The notes below the pieces were generated by a model. That model was given only the letters and a program-made list of their open reading frames with translations. It ran no database searches and was not told the origin of the DNA. DNA of 64,000 nucleotides, taken from positions 6,882,001 to 6,946,000 of the forward strand of contig CM035352.1 in assembly GCA_020137815.1 (NCBI GenBank), read 5' to 3'. This DNA is from Hormiphora californensis. Taxonomy: Eukaryota; Animalia; Ctenophora. How positions within the stretch are numbered: the first letter of the stretch is position 1; each line of letters opens with the position of its first letter. Made by a program: the position numbers and the translations under genes. Below, piece by piece: positions 9,245 to 20,923 of the stretch.

Positions 9245-12200
9245 TCACACTTCCTCTTCGTCTTGTCTCTCATTAAGGCGTGCCCGAAGCCCGGTAGAAT
9301 GCTGGAATGTAGCCCGACACAGGGGACATGTCGATTTACCACTGGTACTAAACCACTTGTAGAGGCAAGAACTGTGGAACTTCTTTTTGCACGTTCGGCA
9401 TGTTGGTTTTGGTAGCATTTTCTTGGGTCCTTGTACCTGTAAGGAGAGAAATTGAAAAAAGGTTTAACGATTGTTGTATACCAACGTTCACGGTCCGAGA
9501 TGGATTCAGATTGTATTGTCGGTTGTCGCGAGGCACAGTCCGACTTGTTACAGTACAGTTCTTACATTACGGGATTCTTTGAACAAGACAAGCTAGAGTC
9601 TATTCGCCGAGGGTTCGGTAGATCAAATTCAGGGTATCCTTGCTGCGTGCGACTGCGAGCTGACCCCTCCCTTCACTTACCACACTAAAACAGATCATAC
9701 AACTTTCAATTCCCTCAAACTGTTTATCCATATTTCCCTTCCAATGGGCCAGGGCATCATAGATCCTGCTGTTCTGGTTCTGGAATAGCGCTGTGATCTG
9801 GAGCATCCAGGATCTCCAGGTTCCAACTGGCACCCCTACCTGCCGTTCACAGCTCACAGAGGGGGCTACCAAGGGATGACTAAGGGGGGGGGGGTTGAGT
9901 GTCAGTGTGGATTAGTGGTAGCTTAAAAAGGAATTGATAACTTATCATATAAGTTATTAAAGTTGCTTACTTTGGTGCGATGACTACCAATAGATCTGCT
10001 GTTATGTCGTCCAACTCATAGCAAGCTAAAACCTCTCTCACTGCTGGACGGGGTTTCACCTGATAAAATGGAAAATATTTGTGAATGGTTTTCTTCAAAG
10101 GGTCCATCAAGATTTTGTTTTGGCATTGTTTCAAGTTGTTGAACTTTCAATGATGAAGTTGAATTGCGTGTGATCTGGGAGAGATCTCACTAGAAAACGC
10201 GCGTGCGCGCGAAGCCCCCTACTGAAATGTCACCGCCCCTACCTTCAACGTCCCGTCGTCTCCATCAGCAGCAGTGTCGAACTGAACATTGGTCTCCTGT
10301 TTGATCAGCCACGGCGAGAGGAACTTTGTCACAAACCGATCCACTGATTGGGATATTTCCTTGTTCTGTCTCTTCCACCAAGACCTGAGGAGCACGGGGA
10401 AAACCTCGGCAATCCCCATCAGACACTGTCCAGCTAACTGGGGCAAATCGGATGCTACGTCCTCCGAAAGAGCAGCCAAATTGGCAATGTTCTGGTTCCG
10501 ACCCTCAAAATCAATTAGGTAAACAAGGGAATCCAAGAAGTCACCTAAAATTCCCTTACTTCGTAGGTACTCCACATGTTCCCTAACTGTGTCCGGGCTA
10601 CAACACTTTAGTTCATGAAGCAGCATCAACAACCAGATTTGTATTTGACGAATCACCAATTCACTTTCCTCTAACTCGTCTAGGAAGACTCGTGGTGGTG
10701 ACTCGAAACCTTCCTCTTCCTCACCGTCTGGCACGATTTCAAAGAGTTGGAGACAGCGGGAGGTGTGACTGAATAAGACTTGGCCTGACTCAAAGGGTAG
10801 ATCATCATGATGCTGCTCCTTCATGAAGTATTGGAAGCATCGTTGGAATGTTGGCTTAGATCCAAGTTTCTTCTCCACAAACTCACTGACAGACTTGCCA
10901 GGTGCATCCAGGGCAATGGCCGAGATGTGTGGAGAAAGAGGGTGGAGGGAGTGAAGTTCAAGAACAAATTCCTGAATTCCTGGCTTGAAGAAATTCTCCC
11001 AATCCTCAACCAAATCGGCCAAATCATCTTCTTTGGAGCAGGTGATTTTATCCTGGAGACCAAAGTACAGAGACCGGAAAGCGGAAAATCCGACAAACAG
11101 GAAATAATCCTCGTTACACTCTTCCTCAGTTGAATAACTAAGGAAATACTCGGAGAGAGTTACAGCAGCACAAAGACAAGGGGTCAGGTCATCGAGTGTA
11201 GTCAGATTCGGTACAATGGCCGCAAGACCACGACTAACTTTAACCGCCAATTCTATCGTCAATGTTCCTTCCAGGAGATCACTTACAACTGCTGGTACCT
11301 CGCTTAGCTCGGAACAGCCGAGTGAGGCAAGTGGTGATGTATCAAGATCTGGTAGTAAAGATATTACAGATGATAGCTCCGATCCACTCGCCAGGAGGGC
11401 TGCAATAAGAACTGGAACATCTTGGTCTTTAGCCAACTTTAACAACTCCACCCTATCCCCTTCCTGCTCAATAGCCATGAGGCAGTGAGTGGTGCCAGAC
11501 ATTAGGAACTCTTGACATACAACACTGGGGAGAATTGACAATGCCTCCTGACAGTTTAATACCGCTGACACGCACTGACGGGTAAAGGTTTGCAGCAGTT
11601 CGTAGTGTGCTGTATCAGGTGAGATAGGAGGCCGAGGGTTGAGAGAGGGTGGTGGTGGGGAGAGAAGGATACCGTGTGCATCAAACAATTCAACAAGGAT
11701 TGAAACAGGAGCCTGCATGGTGGGCTGGAGTCCAGATAGGTAGGTCATGACAGGGCCCGGGGAATCCCCAAATACCTCACACAACACCTCCTTGTTGTCA
11801 AGGTGACAGATTTTAGTGATAACCAAGTTCCTGTAATCTGGTAGATCTGATACTACCTTCCTTAGCACCATACCCATACATCCAATGTTGTCAGTGGAGA
11901 GATGTTCTAGAAGAGAGGACACTGTTGTTTCACCTACAACAGACCAGTCAACGACCTCCATTAAATCAGCTACTTCCATCAGGTCCCCTTCTTCTACTGT
12001 GTCCCTAACAATGTTGATCAGATGTTCGGTTATATCTGGTCGGTTTATACGAGCTAAATCCCTCACTAACTCCCTTTCTTTAGTCAGCTCTAGAAGTAGG
12101 TCTGTAGGTAGTATCTCCTCTCCCCGTTCTATTTCTGCACGTATAAAAACACTGGCAGCGGCAACCCGGAACTGTTGCTCACTCACATCAACCAAAGTTG

Positions 12201-15200
12201 CTGATAGCATCGCGGACGTCCCCGATATTCGAGACACCAACTCAAATGTCTTACAAACCGACACAACGTCCGAGGTAGTGGTGGCACCCTTCATTTGAGG
12301 GATAAAGTGAGAGTTCATGAGGTTCACCATGGCAACCTCATCAGTGATGTCACCACGGAGTTTGTCCCACAATAAACCACCCAGCTCAGGGATAGCTGAT
12401 ATCAGAGAGGAAATGAGAGGGTAATTAGTCAGATTAGTAGAACAATGTCCAGCAACGAAGTCAAGATGTGAGGTAGGGAGAAGAAGGGCAAGGGTGATCG
12501 TGTTGGTAGTGTGGTGTTCGTTTTGCTGGACCCATGCCAGGGGCCGGTGAGGAGAGGAGGAGAGAAGGGTCGAGAGGGAGGGTTTGATGATGTCAGGGAT
12601 TGGTGTTGATGTTACCGCAACTACCAGGTTCTTTACCTGAGATGAATGTATTGGTTAGAAGTTATTGGTGAGATTGGCATATCAATTTATTTCTACTACT
12701 TCGTCAATCATCAACAGTAATATAAAATTTTATGTATGCACATATAATTTGTAACTAAACTGAATTGCTACCCTCCATGAACATCTCCCCTCAGTGCCCG
12801 GCCATCCCCCTCAGTATGTATACCTGGCTCTCTGTTAGAAGTGTAGGATTGGATGAGAGAACAGTGGAAAGGAAGGTTACAATCGTTATCCTGTCACTCT
12901 GTGTCTTGCACTGGTTTAAACTACAAAAACAGAGGCGTCAGTTTTTAGCCCCAGTGTTTGTTTGGCTTGGTCACGAAGTCACCCCTATTATTGCATATCT
13001 GTGAGCTTTCGCAGAGGGGTAATTTCATTACGAAGTGTTTGGCAATGATTGTATGGACGTTACAAAATAACAAGATGAGAAGTTTTGTAAAAGTTAATAT
13101 ACTATAATATACTAATATTTACCATTTGATAGCAGCGGTGCCGACTTCCCTTGTCCAGTCCACTGCGGTGGAACTCTCCATCTGTATGAATTAGCGAATT
13201 AATGACTGGATTATATAAATAGGCTAGGTGTAATAACCCCGCTTACAAATCCTGCGTAGTTAGTAATCACCTGTTCCTGAATTAATGGTGATATCTGAAT
13301 GAATTGGGTACAGAAGGGTTCCAATACGGAGGCAGCTAGGGCCTTGCTGCGGAGGGCGTCCAATAGCTGTCCTTTAATGTCTGGTAGTGATACAGCTCCC
13401 CAAAAGGCTTCCTAGGGAAATAATTGTATATGCCATATGGTCAAATAGTAGGCTTTAATTTTGAAAAGAATGAAATTTACAATACATGATGAACATGATT
13501 TCCTCTTCAACATCACTCGACTCTCTGAACTGCTAACAAATACTCACCGAATGAAGGGTGAGAAGGCAGTTTAGTGCCGCTAGATGTGGTGCCGTGGTGG
13601 TTCTTGAACAAGTATTTAGTTGCTGCCCAACACATTTCAGTGCTGCCACGGGCATAACACTGCTGCCCAATGATGCCAACTCTGTGATGAAACTATACAC
13701 GTGCTTTCGAACCTGGAGGGGAGGGAGTATGGCATCCGTTGTCACGTTCAATACGTGTGATTGATTCAAGCTCAACGGAATGCCCCATAGTTGTCTGTTG
13801 TTCCCGACCACTTAGATTCAATATAATTCCGAACAAAATAGAACGTTTTCAAACAAATACCTGGGGTGATTTAGAACGAGCTAGACCCCAAATTGGACCC
13901 TCCTCCAATAATCCATTCAAAGACTCCATATTTGGGGAGACAGTCTTCACAGTAATAATTGTTGAAAGGGTGGATCCAATAACTCTCTCCCATTTCTCCT
14001 CAGCATCCACTGGGTCCGTTGTTTTCAGGTCAGATAGGGAACCAGGGGAGGATAATAGTCGTTCTGAGATGTGCTAAGGGGGGATAATAGTCGTTCTGAG
14101 ATGTGCTAATAGGGGAGGAGGATGTAATTTATAAAATAACTCTCAAGTCGGATTTTTGAAGTTGTCAACTTCATAATTTCTTAGAAAATGGGGCTTAATT
14201 ACCTTGACGATACCTTTCTCACAAAAGGAAAGAGCACTGGATAGTTTTTCACCAGGGAAGGTGGAATGAAGGGAGGTGGTTGCAATTTGGGCTGCCCCAC
14301 TGTGCACATCACACGTTCCTTCCAGCCACGGTCCTGATTGGAAATGGTGTTAAATCTTGTATAGTAATCTTTATTTGTAGCTTCACGTGCAATTCAATTG
14401 GTCCTGGTAACACAGTCTACTGTCTAGTACGTCATAACATCTAATTAATTAATTAATTAACAACCTATTAAACTAGATATGTGGGGAGCAAGATTTCTGC
14501 CAGCTAGTGATGACACTTTACACTGAACCTGCTGAGATAACTCCCTAACTTTTCTGTCACTGTCCTGAGGAGAGATAAAACATCACTGTTTTGCCCAATA
14601 TCCACTGTCAATACCAACAGCTGTCAATTTGGTTTCACGAGAAATGAACTACAATCTGATGAAGTGATGATTGATAAAAACTTACAATACTAATTTTAGG
14701 GTAGTGCCTGATCCAAAGTGATATTGTTCCCTCGATGTTGTCCTCATTCAGAACTTCCAATATCTCAATCAGAGCCTGCAATTAAACATACTTCACATAG
14801 ACCATACAACAATCGATAGGATATATCATTATAATGAAGTATTGTTTCAATACAGTAGTACATTGCGTGCCATTGTTTCAGGCCAATCGGGGATGGGGTT
14901 GTTATGTTCTAACCTTCCTTTACATTTGTAACGGAGCTCGCGAAAAGGGAGTCGAGCTAGGCGAGCTGAGGTTGGGAGAGGTGGGGCAGTTACCTTTTGT
15001 TTCGTCACTGTCTCCTTCTTTCCCAATCTCCTAATGGCTGCCGTGATGGTTGAGTCCACATGGTCAACAGCTCCAGCAGGGTCTTTTTTGAACCCAAGGG
15101 GTGCGGAAATATGGGCGTTCTTGTTTTGGAGGAGCTGAGCCGCACGTGCACTGGAGGAGGCGTGGAGGTTTCCCTTGGAACGCTGGGCCTGGCCTTGTTT

Positions 15201-15215
15201 CTTGTTACCTCCCAT
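9245..15215 (-). CDS. LTN1: E3 ubiquitin ligase listerin (multi-exon)
   Basis: N-terminus [29 protein letters not shown]...[16 protein letters not shown]-region [30 protein letters not shown] exon [29 protein letters not shown]. Confidence 0.95.
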
Positions 15216-15554
15216 TATCTTATTGTCATGTTGGAGGGCTATACGATAATAGTTGATTGGATGCAAGGATTGATTTAACTATGAATGAGACACAACAATT
15301 TCGTATTAAAATAACGTTCAGAGTAAATAAATTATGGCTGATCTCAAAACTTCATTTCTATCTAAAAATAAATCCCACCTAAACTTCATGGACCCAAAAA
15401 AACACTTAGAACTTCCAGATAGAACATTGTATTAGACTAAACAGTTAGTCCCAAACCAGTTGTTGATAGATCACTAGTTCGTAGTAGTTACCATATAATG
15501 GTAACCAAGAGGTAACCAGTAGATAACTAGCAGGTAACCAGAAGGTTACCATGG

Positions 15555-18500
15555 TTACCCGAACCAGTGGTTATCTTGACAATCAATGTCCCAGGCAGTG
15601 CCACATATCCAGCACCAGGAGAATTTACACCGTGCAATAGGACACTCCATGTGCATACACCCTCCATTCTTCTCCACTGGTGTCCTGCAATTAATTAGAT
15701 AATTAACTAATTAACCAACCAATTAGTATCGCAGATAACAACAATATTTGCACTATGTATCCCGGATGAAAAATTGTGTTTAATTGCGATTTGTGGTCAC
15801 ACGTTCAGAATTCAGACAGGATAACTCACCCGCACATAGGACATGGTTTGGTGGTCTTCTGTAGGACTGAAGCTGTCTCTGAGTCGTATCGTGAGAGGGA
15901 AAGGTTGACAGCAAACCGACTAGCCAAACTGGTACCAGGAAGACTTTCAGCGGTGCTCATCATAGCGGCACACTGCTCGTCACCGTGGTAAGACTCCCGG
16001 CAAACGATACAAAAGTGAAACTAGGAAAGAAATACATAACTAGCAGGTAACCAGGAGGTTACCATGGTTACACATTGCTCGTCACCGTGTTAAGACTCCC
16101 GGCAAACGATACAAAAGTGAAACTGGGATAGGAACACATGTGTTATTCAGATTATCTCTCGTTCGAAGAACAGCTGAGCTGAATTTTGCAGCCCAGCGAT
16201 GGATCAAGACAAAATTTTTCTCAGATTTTGGAAATTCGGCTCACTAAACAAGGAACAGCTCAGTAAAACTACCTTGCATTCGGAGCACATTACATCTCTC
16301 TCCTCCATCCCATTATCATCCAGGAATATCCCAGACCCACACCCGGGTGCAGGACACAGCATCCCACCCATCTTCAACAAACACTCCTCTGCACCAAACT
16401 GTTTGTATCGCTCGTAGTTCTCTGGCCCCATTATGGCAAAGTGATGGAGATCTGTTATGGGAACTCTCCCACACTCCTCTAGATAACCTGACAGTGGAAT
16501 AATTGTAAGGGGCTCTCTAGAAAATATAATGGAGCTTTTTTCGGGGAGGGGGGGGGGGGCACTGTACCAAATATTTATTCGAAAAACCCCCATTATAAAG
16601 TATAAACTGCACTCTCCAGATCTGGTATGTTCTAACGACTAACCCTCCTACACGGGGCGAGGTGAAAGAGTCAAACCTGGGCAGTAGAGGGTATATCCTA
16701 TGGAGTCATGTTCCACAAACTGCCGGGAGTTGAGACGAGAGATGCAGTAGGTATAGAAGCAATCTAGACACATCACGTGACTGCTTGCACAGGGAAATAC
16801 CAACAGCGCCTCACTGCAAGAAAAGGGAGTACTTTTAGTTCAAATAATAAACATACAGTTATTGAAACAATTTTTGGAACTGTTTTCTTGAGGAGAGAGG
16901 GTCGAGAAAGACAAGTGGATCACAACTGAATAGCTGTGGAAGTTGGAACATTGTGTTTTTACAAAAGCACACATCGTGTCCTATGTGTTATACTTCTATC
17001 GTTGGTTGGAAAGTGTAGTGGAAAGGCGAGTTCCGAGGAAACGGGTGAGGACAGGGAAAAAGTTTAAACCGTGGAGAGATGAGGAACTAAGAGGAATACT
17101 ACGTAAGAGGAGGAGTGCGGAACGATACTGGAGGAAGCATGGAACTGAGGAAGCGAAACGGAGATTCAATGATTTGAAGAAGCTCTATGGAAACATGGAC
17201 AAGGAAAAGAGAGCAGCTTTTGTTAAAGAGGACTTGGATGCAGCAAAAGGGGACCCGAAGAAGCTACAAAGAAAGTTACAGAAACTCCTGGGAAAAGCGG
17301 AAACTATTCTTCCTGAGACTACCAACAACAAGAACCTGGCTGATGATTTTTCAAAGTTCTTTAGTTCAAAGGTGACCAAAATTCGGACCCAAGTCAATGA
17401 GGAGCAGCAGCAGGCTGGCGATTTTGTGGAATCTGGAAAATCCTGTCATACAACATGGAATGAATTCAAAGAGATATCTGAGGAGGAACTTGTTTCATTA
17501 GTGAAATCGATGTCCAGCAAGCACTGTGACCTGGACCCGTTGCCCACTTGGGTGGTAAAGGAGTGTATAAGTGATCTGGCTCCTGTATTAACATCAACTA
17601 GCAAAACTGGGGCGATCGTACCGATCGCAAATCGAGGGGTCTGTTTTTCTCTCTGCCTGTCTGCTATATGCTATGTGATGTGATCCCTCTCTTTTTCTCT
17701 CTTTCTCTCCCTTTTATACATGTGATGTGACCCCTCAAGTCGCAAGCAATTCTCAACACGTGTGATACGTGATACCTACGAATCACGTCGTCACACTGAC
17801 GGATCATGTCGTCACGCTGACGGATCACGTCGTCACATTGACGGATCACGTCGTCACATTGACGATAGGGTGTCACATTTCCGTGCAAATTTGCATTAGA
17901 TATAGTTAGATAGTCAATCAGTCTCTACATCAGTTTTCGGTCGCAGAATCTCTCCAGGAGGCACTTGTCTTTCCTACCATCAAGAATATGTATGGAGATC
18001 GTGAAGCTCTCAGCAACTATCGTCCTGTTTCAAACATCCCATTTCTGTCTAAGCTTCTTGAGAAGGTAGTTCTCACGCAACTCAATGACTACCTGGATCG
18101 CAACTCTCTTCTGGGCAAACATCAGTCTGGCTATCGTGTTGGTCACAGTTGCGAAACGCTATTGGCAAGCATGTTCGATGACATTCTAGGGGAAATGGAT
18201 AAAGGAAACGTAGTAGCTCTTATCTGCCTAGATATGAGCGCTGCTTTTGATACGGTTGACCATGGAAAGTTGTTGGAGGTGTTGCAGAAACGGTTTGGAG
18301 TGGATGGTGAACCTCTCCGATGGTTTAAAAGCTATTTGAGTTCCAGATCTTTTAGAGTTTCGGTCGGTGATTGCCTTTCGGAAACCCTTGCTTTACTTTG
18401 TGGAGTCCCTCAAGGGTCCCTCCTTGGTCCTATTTTGTTCCTACTCTACATCGAGGCTGTACAAGATATTGTGGAGCCATATGGACTCCGGATAAAGTTA

Positions 18501-19681
18501 TATGCAGATGATTCCCAGCTCTACGTGAGTCTGGTTCCTACGGATGCTGCTGGCTGGGTTGAGGCAAAGGTGGATATTGAGGATTTAAAAACTAAGGCAT
18601 ATATAGTCTGAGGCGAAACACCATAGTTCAGACTTGACCTCCCCTAGCAAGAAATAATTGTGGCGTATATAGCATACAAAATCTTGCCAAGTTAGACTGT
18701 TATTCGCGTGCCCCGTTTATAAAATAAAATAAAAGAGTTTGAACAAAACAAACAAAAACAGTGCACTCCCGAGTTTTGATACCCTCTCGCTCATTTAACA
18801 AACTCGGTAACACTTACTGCAGAGGTAGAGGTACACTCCGCCGTATGACAACGGCCTTCCCCACCACTTCTCAAATCATCCCATCCCTGTAATTTGGGTA
18901 GTTGTAGTAGTACATCATTGGTATTTCGAATCTCATGGCACAAAACGTTCAGAAAAACAAATAGTATTTGTGGGGGAGTGATATTAATTTATTCTAAACC
19001 TGCGGTTCGGTTGTTAGTAGGAAGTTATCCTCCTTGCACCGTGTGCACTTAACACGCAGTTTACCGGGCTGGACTGTCCCACACACCCTCCTACATAACA
19101 CATAGAACGTTGGTACACTCTTGTACTTGCCCCTGTAGGTAAACAGTGTTGTGCCAAAGAGAGAGATTGTTACAATAACTAAGGAAAGAAAGAGAGATTG
19201 TTACATTAACTAGGGAAAGAGAGCAATGGAGAGATTGTTACATTAACTAGAGAAAGAGAGCAATGGAGAGATTGTTACATTAACTAGGGAAAGAGAGGAT
19301 GTGATGTTGTTACCTGTTAGTCCGTATCGGGGCCCGTGGTTCAACATGTCTACCCTGTACCGCATGTACCACTGTGTGACTCTGTATCTCTAGATCCTGG
19401 AGAAAGAAGGTGATTGTTAAGGGATATGTATGGTATGGCATCGGGGAGGTTTACCTACGCTTAGTCGTTGATAATCGTGAAGTTCCTTCCCCGCAAATAT
19501 GATCCGTATGTCCGTACTGTTAACATTGTTTTCCTTTGAAACTTCAGACCTGATGAAAGATATATTTTCAAACTTTGGAAATGCTGTCTGCAAAGTTGAC
19601 TTACCATATATGTTGTACGGTGCTGTTCATATCGACCCGGACAGGGACCGTTTTAGCATTAAATCGCACAAAAACTTCCAT
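15555..19681 (-). CDS. PRKN: Parkin RBR E3 ligase (multi-exon)
   Basis: Ubl MEVFVRFN...IRIIFAGKEL; RING0 QPGKLRVKCTRC; YERYKQFGAEECLLKMGGMLCPAPGCGSG (IBR); RING2 PVEKNGGCMHMEC...WCWIC...CQDNHWFG*. Confidence 0.95.
17000..18580 (+). mobile_element. Truncated L2/CR1-group LINE reverse transcriptase in a parkin intron (antisense)
   Basis: LDPLPTWVVKEC, LSNYRPVSNIPFLSKLLEKVV, LDMSAAFDTVDH, GVPQGSLLGPILFLLYI, LYADDSQLY. Confidence 0.92.
17598..17910 (-). mobile_element. Non-autonomous Helitron (313 bp) nested in the LINE
   Basis: 5' TCTAACTATATC; 3' hairpin GCGATCG-gta-CGATCGC about 10 nt before terminal CTAG; inserted at A|T with no TSD. Removal restores RT sequence LAPVLTSIVNQSL. Contains ~4 x 21-nt internal tandem repeats. 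Confidence 0.9.
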
Positions 19682-19989
19682 CCTATTAAAATGTCATGGT
19701 TAGTTTTGGTCGCCGTGTTCGACCATCTCTTTCCGCAAGTTTTGGTTTAAGAAAGATCGTCGTGTCATTTCGAAACCATTTGATAGGCTATCAGAAGTTG
19801 TGGGAAATGTATTTCTGGCTACGAATTTATTTATTCAACTGAATAATTTCAAATTTCAAATTTCAATAGCGGAAGTAGTAGCGAATTTGGAGTGTTTGTA
19901 ACTTTGTAACTTTGTTATAGAATTCATATATCAACATATAATGGTGTCAGTCCAATCGAACATCCCCCGCACAAGCAGTCCCACGGGCC

Positions 19990-20260
19990 CACTCCAGAAT
20001 TGAATTATTGTTTTGACGGCTGTATCCGGAGACTGGTGGTCTATTCGGAAAACGTTTCATCCACTCCCCTAGAAGAACTATCTAGCCTTTTTGCTGAGTT
20101 CACCGTTTTCGGCAGGGTGTTCCATAGCCTTGTTGTACGCCCAGCGAACGAGTTTGATTGCTTTGTTGCTATCGAGGTTTGTGTACTCGTGGGTGAGGTA
20201 GGAATTTCAGCTCTGAATTTCAGCTCTGTTGGGATTTTGGATTTCCCTAGAACATGAAAC
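19990..20260 (-). mobile_element. Degraded 3' end of a LINE ORF2
   Basis: QSNSFAGRTTRLWNTLPKTVNSAK resembles the 'F..R....WN.LP' C-terminal motif of non-LTR ORF2. Confidence 0.55.
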
Positions 20261-20923
20261 TTGAAAGTAGGTACTGGTAATCTATAGTTTTTACACCCCT
20301 CATGTAAGTACCTAAACTCCATTATTAAAGACCGAAACGTCGCACGCTCGACACAAACGAAAAAGAAAAAAATGTGAAGGTGACAAAAATTTGTGAACGT
20401 GTCCAAAAATTTCGAATATTCGCGAATAAACCAGGCCACGCGCACGGCCACGCGCACGGCCGGGCCTCCATAAACCGCGATGCATTTAACGGCACGCGCG
20501 AAATAATTGACATCTTACGATGCATTTGTGCCGCGCGGGATTTTTCAGACCAGAAAATCAGAGATTTCAGAATTCGCAAATTTGACGAGATTTAAAAATT
20601 CAAAACTTGCCACGAAATTTGAATCTCTCCCTTCCGTTTGTTCATTTCCTGCCATTCCCTACTAAATTCTCACTGTAAACTATTCCCCTAGCTAAATCTG
20701 ATCCTTCCTTAGCATCCAAAAGTCGAGAGCGTGTCTTCGTTTTTCAGCTTTGGTTCCTAGCCTGGACAAAGGTACTTAGCGCATATTGATATGATAATGA
20801 GTCTGTGTCTTTTGCCTTTGTAAACACTATAATGGCGCTTCCCCGTGCACCCATTATCCCACTTTTAGCTCTCCCTCCTTTTCACAGCTACCCATTAACA
20901 TCCTGCTCTCCCTTTTTCAACAG

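Noticed and set aside
9440-9685. Intronic snoRNA-like sequence in the last LTN1 intron
   Set aside because: The intron looks less AT-rich than its neighbours, but I could not identify convincing C/D or H/ACA boxes with stems.
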